NCBI GenBank assembly: GCA_963827755.1
Contig: CAWHCQ010000011.1
Location: forward strand, 128,001 to 192,000
DNA length: 64,000 bases
Origin: an uncultured Gammaproteobacteria bacterium
GTDB lineage: Bacteria > Pseudomonadota > Gammaproteobacteria > UBA9214
Direction of reading: 5' to 3'
Part shown: piece by piece, positions 11,018-20,760 of the stretch
Numbering within the stretch: position 1 is the stretch's first letter
Layout: each line of letters opens with the position of its first letter
Position numbers and translations under genes: made by a program
The notes under the pieces: generated by a model
Told to the model about the DNA's origin: nothing
Database searches by the model: none
Seen by the model: only the letters and a program-made list of their open reading frames with translations

Positions 11018-11845
11018 ATGAATATTGATTTTCCGGCAATACTGGTTGGAGCAACCCTGTTTACGGGGCTGGCATGGGTGTTTGACAGCCTGGTACTGGC
11101 GCCGGCGCGTAACAGGAAAGCGGCAGTGATGCTGGACAGCGGTATCTCCGCTGATTCCGCACAGCTTGCCAGTGTGCTCAAGGAACCCACCTGGGTTGAA
11201 TATTGCAAGTCCTTTTTCCCCGTGATCCTGGCCGTGCTGCTGCTGCGGTCATTCCTGGTCGAGCCGTTCCGCATCCCGTCCGGCTCCATGATGCCAACCC
11301 TGGAGGTTGGTGATTTCATCCTGGTGAACAAATTTGCATACGGTATCCGCCTGCCTGTTGTCGATACCAAGGTAATAGAGGTTGGCGAGCCTGCGCGTGG
11401 TGATGTCGTGGTTTTTCGCTACCCAAAGGACGAGACTGTCGACTACATCAAGCGTGTCGTCGGGTTGCCGGGTGACCGGATTGGTTATTTCGACAAGACC
11501 CTGTACGTCAATGGTGAGCCTGCAGGCCAGGTCCCGGCCGGTGTCTATGTCGGCAAGGGTTCCGGTGTATCGATGTCAGGTGCGAGCCGGCGCAAGGAAA
11601 TGCTCGGCGATATGCAGCATGATATTCTCGTCATGCCGCGTACGCCCGGCCTCGAAGGTGAGTATGTTGTCGCTGACAATGAGTATTTCATGATGGGAGA
11701 TAACCGGGATAACAGTAATGACAGCCGCTACTGGGGGCCTGTTCCCGAAAAAAACCTGGTAGGCAGGGCATTTCGAGTATGGATGAACTGGGACAGTGCC
11801 AATGGCGGGGTTGAATGGAACCGCATTGGCATGAAAATTCAGTAG
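11018..11845 (+). CDS. lepB: Signal peptidase I
   Basis: EPFRIPSGSMMPTL, YIKRVVG, GDNRDNSNDSRYWG. Confidence 0.97.
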   Translation: MNIDFPAILVGATLFTGLAWVFDSLVLAPARNRKAAVMLDSGISADSAQLASVLKEPTWVEYCKSFFPVILAVLLLRSFLVEPFRIPSGSMMPTLEVGDFILVNKFAYGIRLPVVDTKVIEVGEPARGDVVVFRYPKDETVDYIKRVVGLPGDRIGYFDKTLYVNGEPAGQVPAGVYVGKGSGVSMSGASRRKEMLGDMQHDILVMPRTPGLEGEYVVADNEYFMMGDNRDNSNDSRYWGPVPEKNLVGRAFRVWMNWDSANGGVEWNRIGMKIQ

Positions 11846-11867
11846 GGTAACCGCGAGGAATAAAGCT

Positions 11868-12233
11868 ATGCGTTCAATGAAGCGACAGGCAGGTGTAACG
11901 GCAATTGGCTGGGTGCTGGTGCTGGCCCTGATTGGTTTTTTTGTTTTTTTGACTCTCAAGATGCTGCCGGTATATCTGGAGTACTTCAAAGTGGTGTCGA
12001 GTCTCGAGTCGCTCGAGAATGAATCATTGTCAACTCCCGGGGAGATCAGGAAGCTTCTCGAAAAGCGGTTTGACGTCGATTACGTGAATACAATTTCGGC
12101 ACAGCAGGTGAAGATAATCAACCAGGGCGAGGTCTTTAATGTTATCGCCAAATATGATTCGCGCGTGCACCTGTTCGCCAATATCGATGTGCTGATGAGT
12201 TTTGATAAACAGGTCAGGGTCGCCAGGCGTTGA
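11868..12233 (+). CDS. DUF4845-type membrane protein
   Basis: RQAGVTAIG N-terminus with a TM helix; conserved position between lepB and rnc. Confidence 0.8.
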   Translation: MRSMKRQAGVTAIGWVLVLALIGFFVFLTLKMLPVYLEYFKVVSSLESLENESLSTPGEIRKLLEKRFDVDYVNTISAQQVKIINQGEVFNVIAKYDSRVHLFANIDVLMSFDKQVRVARR

Positions 12234-12904
12234 CGAAATCGCCGGCAGCGCTGCTGAAAATACTGGGCCATGATTTCAATGATCCGACCCTGCTGGAGCA
12301 GGCGCTGACGCACTGCAGTGCTGGCAGCACCAACAATGAACGGCTGGAGTTCCTGGGAGATGCAGTGCTCGACTGCGTCATTTCCGACGAGTTGTTTCAG
12401 CGCTACCCGCAGGCGCGCGAAGGAGAACTCAGCCGGCTGCGGGCCAGCCTGGTGAGGCGGGATTCCCTGGCAGCAGTGGCACAGGGACTCGATATCGGCC
12501 AGTACCTGCGTCTTGGTACCGGCGAGCGCAGGAGTGGCGGCCATCACCGTGATTCCATTCTTTCCGATGCCCTCGAGGCCCTGCTTGGCGCCATTTTCCT
12601 TGATGGCGGCTATGAGGCGTGCCGCAGCTGTATTCTCGGCCTGTTTTCAGACGCGCTCGATAATATTTCGAAAATTGCTGCCCTGAAAGATGCCAAGACC
12701 CGTCTGCAGGAACACCTGCAGGCGCATCATCTGGCCCTTCCCGAATACAGGGTAATCGAGGTGAGCGGTGCGGCGCACGACCAGTTCTTCAAGGTCGAGT
12801 GTATCGTCGCTGAGAGTGAGCCGACGCTGGGGCAGGGCAAGAGCCGTCGTTATGCAGAACAGGGTGCAGCTGAAAAGATGTTGTCACAACTGACTGGCGG
12901 CTAG
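12230..12904 (+). CDS. rnc: Ribonuclease III
   Basis: NERLEFLGDAVL; dsRBD with DAKTRLQE. Confidence 0.97.
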   Translation: MTKSPAALLKILGHDFNDPTLLEQALTHCSAGSTNNERLEFLGDAVLDCVISDELFQRYPQAREGELSRLRASLVRRDSLAAVAQGLDIGQYLRLGTGERRSGGHHRDSILSDALEALLGAIFLDGGYEACRSCILGLFSDALDNISKIAALKDAKTRLQEHLQAHHLALPEYRVIEVSGAAHDQFFKVECIVAESEPTLGQGKSRRYAEQGAAEKMLSQLTGG

Positions 12905-12908
12905 GCGG

Positions 12909-13808
12909 GTGGACGCTGCTACTCACTGTGGTTATGTTGCCCTGATCGGACGGCCGAATGTCGGTAAATCCACGCTGTTGAACCGGATCCTCGGGCAGAA
13001 GATCAGCATTACATCGAGGCGTCCGCAGACAACACGTCACCGGGTGCTCGGTATCAAGACGGATGCCCCGGTGCAGACGATCTATATCGATACGCCGGGC
13101 ATTCACGCCTACAGCGGGCGTGCCATGAACCGGCATATGAACCGGGCTGCCAGCAGTGCACTGCAGGACGTCGATGTCGTGGTGTTCCTGGTAGAAGGCC
13201 TGCGCTGGTTGCCGGATGATGAGCTGGTGCTGGAAAAACTCCGCGATCTTCAGTGTCCGGTGATCCTCGCGGTGAACAAGATTGACCTGCTGGACAGCAA
13301 GGAAGCGCTGTTGCCGGTTTTACACGCACTTTCAGAAAAGCATGCGTTTCGGCAAATCATTCCGGTTTCGGCGCAAAAGGGCGACAATATCGCGGTGCTG
13401 GAGGCCGCGATTGCCGCGTTGCTGCCGGTTGCCCCGATGATGTTTCCACAAGACCAGGTGACGGACCGCCCGGTACGTTTTCTTGCAGCCGAACTGGTCA
13501 GGGAAAAACTGTTTCGCATGCTCGGCAAGGAATTACCCTACGGGCTGACCGTGGAAGTGGAACAGTTTCGCAGTGAGGCGAATATCACCCATATCCACGC
13601 CCTGATCTGGGTGGAACGCAAGAGCCAGAAAAATATTGTCATCGGCAGGCAGGGCCGGGTGCTCAAGGAAGTCGGGCAGCAGGCACGCCGGGATATCGAG
13701 GCGATGATTGATAAAAAGGTCAATCTCAAATTATGGGTCAAGGTGAAGGAAGGCTGGGCGGATGACGAGCGGGCCCTGCAGAGCCTGGGATATAATGACG
13801 CTGACTGA
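12909..13808 (+). CDS. era: GTPase Era
   Basis: GRPNVGKSTL, PQTTRH, DTPG, NKID; KH domain. Confidence 0.97.
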   Translation: MDAATHCGYVALIGRPNVGKSTLLNRILGQKISITSRRPQTTRHRVLGIKTDAPVQTIYIDTPGIHAYSGRAMNRHMNRAASSALQDVDVVVFLVEGLRWLPDDELVLEKLRDLQCPVILAVNKIDLLDSKEALLPVLHALSEKHAFRQIIPVSAQKGDNIAVLEAAIAALLPVAPMMFPQDQVTDRPVRFLAAELVREKLFRMLGKELPYGLTVEVEQFRSEANITHIHALIWVERKSQKNIVIGRQGRVLKEVGQQARRDIEAMIDKKVNLKLWVKVKEGWADDERALQSLGYNDAD

Positions 13809-13817
13809 TTGCCTGTT

Positions 13818-14571
13818 ATGAGCGCGCGCATACAAGTTTCCCTCGAACCTGCCTGGATCCTGCATCATTATCCTTACCGGGATACCAGCCTGCTGATCGA
13901 GGTTTTTACCCGTGAGCATGGGCGTATCGGGCTGGTTGCCCGCGGCGCGCGCTCGGCGAAGGCGCGCTGGCATGGCCATTTGCAAATCATCAGGCCGTTG
14001 CTATTGTCATGGAGCATGCGCGGTGATCTCGGCACGCTGACCGGGGTGGAAAGCCGGCAGGCGGTGAGCCTGTTGCCAGGCCGCAAGGTATTGAGCGCCT
14101 GTTACCTGAACGAGTTGCTGATGCGCCTGGTGACCCGCCATGATCCGCACCCGGACCTGTTCGAGGCTTATGAGCAGGCCATCGCGGCACTGGAATCCGG
14201 CGAAGAACCGGTGCTGCGCCTGTTTGAGAAACGGCTGTTGCACTCATTGGGTTATGGACTGTTGCTGGATCACGAGGCTGAAAGCGGGACTCCGGTTGAC
14301 CGGGACAGCTGGTATGAGTACCAGCTGGAGCGGGGGCCGGTACGCTGCGCGACGCCAGGCGCCGATGGCATCTGTCTGCGCGGCTCCAGTTTACTGGCAT
14401 TGCAGGACGACAGTTTGACTGACAGGCAGGCCTGCAAGGAAGTCAAGCAGCTGATGCGGGCGGCCCTTGGGCTTTACCTGGGGAGTGCGGCCGCTGAAAA
14501 CACGTGAAGTATTACGCCAGCTGGCGTCGCTGTCGCACACCCGCGAGGGTGTGCAGGCCGACGTGAGCTGA
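13818..14571 (+). CDS. recO: DNA repair protein RecO; apparent +1 indel near 14488 (as-is frame stops at 14507)
   Basis: [14 protein letters not shown]; the shifted frame continues [12 protein letters not shown] to TGA at 14571. Confidence 0.92.
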
Positions 14572-14593
14572 ACAGGGACCGGGAAGAAACATC

Positions 14594-15337
14594 ATGGGCG
14601 TCGCCAATAAAATACTGCTGGGCGTAAACATCGACCATGTCGCAACCCTGCGCGAGGCGCGCGGCACGCGCTACCCGGACCCGGTACAGGCCGCGGTCGA
14701 GGCGGAGCAGGCAGGCGCCGACAGTATTACACTGCATTTGAGAGAGGACCGCCGCCATATCCAGGAGCGTGATGTCCTCATGCTCCGGGATATTCTGCAG
14801 ACACGCATGAACCTGGAAATGGCGGTGACCGACGAGATGCTGGCCTTCGCGGAAAAGATTCGTCCCGCGGATTGCTGCCTGGTGCCGGAGCGGCGTGAGG
14901 AGCTGACAACCGAGGGGGGGCTGGATGTTGCCGGGCAACTGCCGCGCATCCGCGATGCCTGTACCCGGCTGAAACAGGCCGGCGTACGTGTTTCACTGTT
15001 TATCGACGCGGACCCGGACCAGGTTGCGGCCGCGGCTGCAACCGGTGCGCCCTGTATCGAGATTCACACCGGGGCCTTTGCCGATGCAGGTACCAGCCTG
15101 GCACAGGCCGAGGAGCTTGCCGGGATCGTGCGGGCGGTGCAACAGGGTCTGGATGCGGGCCTGACGGTCAACGCAGGTCACGGGCTGCATTATCACAACG
15201 TACAGAGGATTGCGGCCATTCCGGGCGTGCGTGAACTGAACATCGGACATGCCATTATCGCGCGTGCCGTCTTTACCGGCCTGGCCGGCGCCGTGGCCGA
15301 GATGAAGCGCCTGATGCACGAGGCCGCGGCCGGCTGA
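14594..15337 (+). CDS. pdxJ: Pyridoxine 5'-phosphate synthase
   Basis: [36 protein letters not shown]. Confidence 0.97.
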   Translation: MGVANKILLGVNIDHVATLREARGTRYPDPVQAAVEAEQAGADSITLHLREDRRHIQERDVLMLRDILQTRMNLEMAVTDEMLAFAEKIRPADCCLVPERREELTTEGGLDVAGQLPRIRDACTRLKQAGVRVSLFIDADPDQVAAAAATGAPCIEIHTGAFADAGTSLAQAEELAGIVRAVQQGLDAGLTVNAGHGLHYHNVQRIAAIPGVRELNIGHAIIARAVFTGLAGAVAEMKRLMHEAAAG

Positions 15338-15433
15338 TCCCGGCTGCAGGCATGCCCGGTTCGTCTCAGGTCTCAGGCGGGTCCTTTCCTTTTCATGTGT
15401 TTTCTTATGTTGTTCATTTGCTTATAGAAAAAT

Positions 15434-15871
15434 CTAACCGTGGTAGCCGCTGTCCCTCAGGGTGGCATCGATGATGTCAATGGCTTGCAGGTAGGAGAAC
15501 TCGATGGTCTGCGGGTCTTTCGACTTGAGTGCCAGCTGCAATTCACGCAGGCCGGCGGTCAGTTCCGGTGCATCGCAGTAGGCGGCACCGCCAAGTAACA
15601 GGTGCACATTATTTCCCAGGCGCGGGTGATCCCCTTGCTGGTAGGCATCGGCAAGGCGGCTGCGATGATCGGGTAATTCAAGCAGCAGGCGGGCAAACAT
15701 TTCACTCGGAAACGAATGCAGCTGCTGCTCATCGGGTTCCTGGTCGCCCCCGGGCAGGGGCGGCGCCTGCGGGGCTGTGGCTGAACCCGCTGTTGTGAAA
15801 CGCTGCAAAAAGTTGTGCAGGGAGTCCCTGATTGTCCTGAGGGAGTACCTGAACGGATATTTTCTTTCCAC
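15434..15871 (-). CDS. Stand-alone HPt (histidine phosphotransfer) domain protein
   Basis: Helical C-terminal region with VHLLLGGAAYCDAPEL, resembling the HPt H-box of BarA/GacS. Confidence 0.7.
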   Translation of the reverse strand: MERKYPFRYSLRTIRDSLHNFLQRFTTAGSATAPQAPPLPGGDQEPDEQQLHSFPSEMFARLLLELPDHRSRLADAYQQGDHPRLGNNVHLLLGGAAYCDAPELTAGLRELQLALKSKDPQTIEFSYLQAIDIIDATLRDSGYHG

Positions 15872-16061
15872 GTCTCAACTCCCCGGTGCCCGTAGAAAAA
15901 CGCGTGGTGCGGGCGTGCATGATCCAGCCCCGGCAATGATAATGGAACAGCCGATGGCTGGCCACGCTGCCTGTGTCAGGCAAGCCGGTTAACGGTTGTC
16001 TGATAAATCAGGTTCTTGGGTATACTGTCCGTACTGCACAAGGAAGAAAGGAACAGCTGGA

Positions 16062-16952
16062 ATGGCCTATAAAACGCTGGAGTCAACCGTTGGCAATACA
16101 CCACTGGTGCGGTTGCAGCGTCTGCCGGGCGATACCACCAACACCCTGCTGGTCAAGCTTGAAGGCAATAATCCGGCCGGGTCTGTCAAGGATAGACCGG
16201 CGCTCAGCATGATCAAGCATGCCGAGGCGCGCGGTGAAATCAGTCCGGGCGATACACTGATCGAGGCGACCAGCGGCAATACCGGGATTGCGCTGGCGAT
16301 GGCGGCGGCGATGCAGGGCTACCGGATGGTGCTGGTCATGCCGGAACACATGAGTGCCGAACGCCGCGCGGTAATGAAGGCCTTCGACGCCGAGCTGGTG
16401 CTGGTCGACAAGGAATCAGGCATGGAGGGGGCGCGTGACCTGGCCAAGCAAATGGAAGGGCTTGGCAAGGGCAGAGTGCTCGACCAGTTCTCCAACCCGG
16501 ATAACCCACGCGCCCACTACGAGGGCACGGGCCCTGAGATCTGGCGTGATACCCGCGGTGAAATCACCCATTTTGTCAGCGCCATGGGCACCACGGGAAC
16601 CATCATGGGGACTTCAGAATATCTGAAGGAGCAGAACCCGGCCATCGAGATCGTCGGGGTGACACCTGCAGAAGGCGCCTCTATTCCCGGTATCCGCCGC
16701 TGGTCGCAGGCCTATCTGCCCGCCATCTTCAATGCCGATCGCGTTGACCGCACGCTTGATGTGGAGCAGGTAGACGCGGAAAGGATGACCCGGGCACTGG
16801 CTGCGCAGGAAGGCATCTTTGCCGGTGTCTCTTCCGGAGGGGCTGTCGCGGCCGCCCTGTCGCTCTCGCAACAGGTCGAGCATGCCGTCATCGTGGTGAT
16901 TATCTGCGACCGTGGCGATCGCTATCTCTCGACCGGAGTCTTTCCTTCCTGA
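16062..16952 (+). CDS. cysM: Cysteine synthase B
   Basis: KLEGNNPAGSVKDR, EATSGNTG, IPGIRRW, ICDRGDRYLS. Confidence 0.96.
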   Translation: MAYKTLESTVGNTPLVRLQRLPGDTTNTLLVKLEGNNPAGSVKDRPALSMIKHAEARGEISPGDTLIEATSGNTGIALAMAAAMQGYRMVLVMPEHMSAERRAVMKAFDAELVLVDKESGMEGARDLAKQMEGLGKGRVLDQFSNPDNPRAHYEGTGPEIWRDTRGEITHFVSAMGTTGTIMGTSEYLKEQNPAIEIVGVTPAEGASIPGIRRWSQAYLPAIFNADRVDRTLDVEQVDAERMTRALAAQEGIFAGVSSGGAVAAALSLSQQVEHAVIVVIICDRGDRYLSTGVFPS

Positions 16953-18962
16953 ATGTTTTTTCCCGGCAGACGGGGTGTTGCAGTCTTACTGCTTGCCTTG
17001 AGCCTGCTTGCGTTGGGCACACTGCGCGGCCTGGCCTACGACTCGGTTGGTTTGAAGCTGGGAACGCTCGAAGGCCCCGGGATGGCGGCGCGCAACGTGG
17101 CTGTTCAGCTTGGCTGGCTGGATGAAACGCATGCGCGCCTGCAGCTGAGCGCGGATTCGGCCAGCCTGGATGCCGTGCCCGGCAAGTTGTCCGGGCTGGA
17201 CCTGTCATGCCGCCGGGCACTGCTGAAGCCCGCCCACATACACTGCCCCGATGCCCGTCTCAGGCTGAACTCCAGCGTGTATGGCCGGCAGTCTCTGCAG
17301 GCCTCCTTTCATTACTATCCCGTTGAGGGGAAATGGGATGTGAAAGTTCAGGGCGCACGTCTGCCGCTGCAGCAGCTCACGGCCCGGCTGGCGGCAAGCG
17401 GCGCGGCGGTGCCGAAACTGGAGAGCGATGCCGTCATCGTGGTCAATGCCAGCCTGCAGGGCACAGGCGTGCAGCTGAGCAAGGCGGCACTGGACCTGCG
17501 CCTGCAGGCGCAGGCGTTCACCGATGCAAAGGGTACGGTCGCCGGCGAGGACCTGGACATCGCGCTTGGCGTCGAGGCAACACCGGGTAAGGCAGGCTGG
17601 CAACTGGCGCTGGATCTGACCGGGCACAAGGGCGCCCTGTATATCGACCCGCTCTACCTGGCGGTGCCGGCCGAACCGATTCGCGTCACCGCCCGGCTGG
17701 ACTGGCAGGACAAGGCTAATCGTTTGCTGGTGCATGCGTTCGATTACCAGCACCCGGGCAGCATCGAGGTGCAGGGCAAGGGACGTTTTTCCCTTGGCCC
17801 GGTCTTCAAGGCCGAGTCGCTGCAGCTCGATATCCGCGAAGCCGTGTTCCCGTCGCTCTACGATACCTATATGAAACCCTGGCTGACCGGCTCGGCGCTG
17901 GGCAACCTGCAGACGTCCGGCCGGGCCAGTGGCGGAGTAATGCTGCAGGACAATGCGCTGCAAGACCTGAGGCTGGATTTGCAGGCGTTGACACTGGAAG
18001 ACCGCGAGGGCCTGTTCGGGCTGGAAAAGGTGCAGGCCATGATTCGCTGGTCGGACTCCGCTGCGGCCGAGCCGTCCACGGTCTCGTGGGCGGGCGGTCA
18101 TGTCTACCGGGTTACTCTTGGTCCTGCCAGCATCGCCGCGGAGGCCGGTGCCGACTACGTGCGTCTGCAGGAAGCAACGCATATCCCGGTGCTCGATGGC
18201 GCCCTGCAGATCGACTCATTTGATCTTGCCTACGGTGCGGGTGAGCCGCTGCGCTGGCAGGTGGATGGTTTCATGACCCCGGTGTCCATGAAGCTGCTGA
18301 CCGTGGCGCTCGGCTGGCCGGAATTTTCCGGCAAGCTTTCGGGTGTCATTCCGAATGTACGTTACACAGGCGGGAACCTGGAAGTCGGCGGGGTCTTGCT
18401 GGTGCGTGTCTTCGAGGGCGAGGTGACCCTGCGCAACCTGCGCCTCGAGCAGCCCTTCGGGGTGGTGCCGCGGCTGTGGGTGGATGCAAAGGCGCAGAAT
18501 ATCGACCTGGAAACACTGACCGGTACCTTTTCGTTCGGCAAGATCGAAGGGACCCTGGACGGTCGGATCGACGGCCTGCAGATGGAGTCGTGGCGGCCGG
18601 CGGCCTTCGATGCGGAGTTTGCCACGCCGCCAGGGGATGCCAGGCGCCACCGCATCAGCCAGAAGGCCGTCGATAATATCTCCAATATCGGCGGGGGCGG
18701 GGTCGGTGGCGCCCTGTCGCGCAGCTTTCTGCGTTACTTCGAGGACTTTCCCTACGACCGGCTGGGTATTCGCTGCCGGCTCGAGAACGGCATCTGTGCC
18801 ATGGGCGGGGTGGAGCCGGCCGAGAACGGTTATTACCTGGTCAAGGGGCGGTTCATCCCGCCGCGACTGGATGTCATCGGCTTTGCCGACCGGGTGAACT
18901 GGACCAGCCTGGTTTCGCAAATCGTGGCGGTCACCGGGAAACAGGATGTCGTCGTCCAATAG
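16953..18962 (+). CDS. YdbH-like (AsmA/TamB-related) envelope protein
   Basis: N-terminal TM or signal, long beta-rich body, C-terminal ISQKAVDNISNIGG...FPYDRLG; followed by a ynbE/ydbL-like gene. Confidence 0.65.
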   Translation: MFFPGRRGVAVLLLALSLLALGTLRGLAYDSVGLKLGTLEGPGMAARNVAVQLGWLDETHARLQLSADSASLDAVPGKLSGLDLSCRRALLKPAHIHCPDARLRLNSSVYGRQSLQASFHYYPVEGKWDVKVQGARLPLQQLTARLAASGAAVPKLESDAVIVVNASLQGTGVQLSKAALDLRLQAQAFTDAKGTVAGEDLDIALGVEATPGKAGWQLALDLTGHKGALYIDPLYLAVPAEPIRVTARLDWQDKANRLLVHAFDYQHPGSIEVQGKGRFSLGPVFKAESLQLDIREAVFPSLYDTYMKPWLTGSALGNLQTSGRASGGVMLQDNALQDLRLDLQALTLEDREGLFGLEKVQAMIRWSDSAAAEPSTVSWAGGHVYRVTLGPASIAAEAGADYVRLQEATHIPVLDGALQIDSFDLAYGAGEPLRWQVDGFMTPVSMKLLTVALGWPEFSGKLSGVIPNVRYTGGNLEVGGVLLVRVFEGEVTLRNLRLEQPFGVVPRLWVDAKAQNIDLETLTGTFSFGKIEGTLDGRIDGLQMESWRPAAFDAEFATPPGDARRHRISQKAVDNISNIGGGGVGGALSRSFLRYFEDFPYDRLGIRCRLENGICAMGGVEPAENGYYLVKGRFIPPRLDVIGFADRVNWTSLVSQIVAVTGKQDVVVQ

Positions 18963-19052
18963 GGCGTCACAGCCGGCATGACGTGTTAACCTTGTCCACC
19001 TGATTCCGTTAGGCAGTAGTGGATACAATTCCTGTAAATACGAGGTCCTGAA

Positions 19053-19647
19053 ATGAAAACCATACGCGTACCGATTGCGCTGGCCCTGGCCCTGTTCACC
19101 ATCGCCTGTGTCACCATCAATGTTTATTTCCCGGCAGAGGCCGCCGAGAAGGCCGCCGATCGCATCATCAAGGATGTCTATGGTGAAAAAGTAAAGCCGG
19201 GCACCGAGCCACAGTCCTGGAACCGTTTCCAGGGGGTGCCCGTGCAGCAGGGGAGTCCCTTGCTTGACTGGTTGATCGCGCCGGCCCGTGCGGCGGCGGA
19301 TCTTTCCGTGAATACGCCGGCGATACGCCAGCTGCAGGCGGATATGGGAAAACGCCACCGGGAACTCGCGCCGTTTTATGCCTCAGGTGCAGTCGGCATA
19401 ACAAACTCGGGTGAACTGCAGATCCGTGACCAGAAACTGGTGCCGCTGCAGGACCGCAACAACGTGAAGAGTCTTGTTGCGAAAGAAAATATCGACCGGG
19501 CTGCCCTGTATGCCGAGATCGCAAGGGCCAACTCACACCCGGAGTGGGAGGCCGAAATCCGCTCCACCTTCGCGCGACGCTGGGTGGACAACGCGCAGAG
19601 TGGCTGGTGGTATATGGATACCGAGTGGCGGCTGGAAACAGAAGTAG
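19053..19647 (+). CDS. YnbE-like lipoprotein fused to a YdbL/DUF1318 domain; apparent +1 indel near 19623 (as-is frame runs to 19715)
   Basis: Lipobox TIAC-VTINVYFP; EN.DR..LY..IA; corrected end GWWYMDTSGGWKQK*. Confidence 0.75.
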
Positions 19648-19689
19648 CTTCGAGAAGGCAGCATCCATCGAAGGACATTAATACGTACT

Positions 19690-19774
19690 GTAGGAGCGCT
19701 TCTCAAGCGCGATAGGGTTTCACAGGTATGGAGCGCTGGGCTCGGCCGGTATCGCGGATTAGATCCGCTCCTGC
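19690..19774. repeat. Inverted pair of GTAG-type REP palindromes (REP doublet)
   Basis: GTAGGAGCGCTTCTCAAGCGCGAT at 19690-19713 and the inverted variant ATCGCGGATTAGATCCGCTCCTGC at 19751-19774. Confidence 0.75.
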
Positions 19775-19840
19775 AGGCCGCTCTTGTCCCGGTGGGAGAA
19801 GGTTGGTCAGGGATCCGCCAGGCATTGATTCCGTAAAAAT

Positions 19841-20611
19841 ATGAATATATTCGTCTTTGATATTGAAACCGTGCCCGATGTCGAGGCCGGCCGGAAGTTG
19901 TATGACCTGGCTGATCTCGACGACAAGAACGTCGGCCGGGTCATGTTCCACAAGCGTGCGGCAGAAACGGGCGGCTCTGAATTTTTACGCCACCACCTGC
20001 ATCGCATCGTCGCCATCTCCATCGTCCTGCGCAGCCGGGATACGTTCAAGGTCTGGTCGCTGGGTAACCCCGATTCCAGCGAAGAGGAATTGTTGCAGCG
20101 CTTCTTTGATGGCATTGCCCGCTATACACCGACGCTGGTGTCCTGGAACGGCTCGGGTTTTGATTTGCCTGTGATTCATTACCGCAGCCTGCTGCATGGA
20201 GTGGCGGCCCCGCGCTACTGGGATACCGGTGGTGATGACAAGAATTTCAAATGGAACAATTACCTGTCCCGCTTTCACGAAAGACATACCGATGTCATGG
20301 ATGTGCTGGCCGGGTACCAGCCGCGCGCCACGGCGAAGCTGGACGAGGTGGCCACGCTGCTCGGGTTCCCGGGCAAGATGGGCATGGACGGCAGCAAGGT
20401 CTGGGACAACTTCCAGGCCGGTAAAATCGAGGCGATCCGCAACTACTGCGAAACCGATGTACTGAATACCTACCTGGTCTATCAGCGTTTTGAATTGATT
20501 CGCGGCCACCTCGACGCCAGCCAGTACCGGCAGGGATGCGAACAGGTGCGTACTGAACTGGCGGCCGCCGACAAGCCGCACCTGGATGAGTTTCTGCAGA
20601 ACTGGCAGTAA
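19841..20611 (+). CDS. Predicted 3'-5' exonuclease (PolB exonuclease-like, DEDD)
   Basis: VFDIETVPD, SWNGSGFDLP, YCETDVLNT. Confidence 0.88.
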   Translation: MNIFVFDIETVPDVEAGRKLYDLADLDDKNVGRVMFHKRAAETGGSEFLRHHLHRIVAISIVLRSRDTFKVWSLGNPDSSEEELLQRFFDGIARYTPTLVSWNGSGFDLPVIHYRSLLHGVAAPRYWDTGGDDKNFKWNNYLSRFHERHTDVMDVLAGYQPRATAKLDEVATLLGFPGKMGMDGSKVWDNFQAGKIEAIRNYCETDVLNTYLVYQRFELIRGHLDASQYRQGCEQVRTELAAADKPHLDEFLQNWQ

Positions 20612-20760
20612 TAATTTTTCTCGCAAAGACGCCAAGATGTCAGAAAAATATCATATGGCTTCCATTACGGAGGTTTCAGCTCTGCGATCTCAACGTCTTG
20701 GACGAGAAGTGACATGGTGTGCATACAATGACTCCTTCATGTTCCCAACACACTGTTCCC

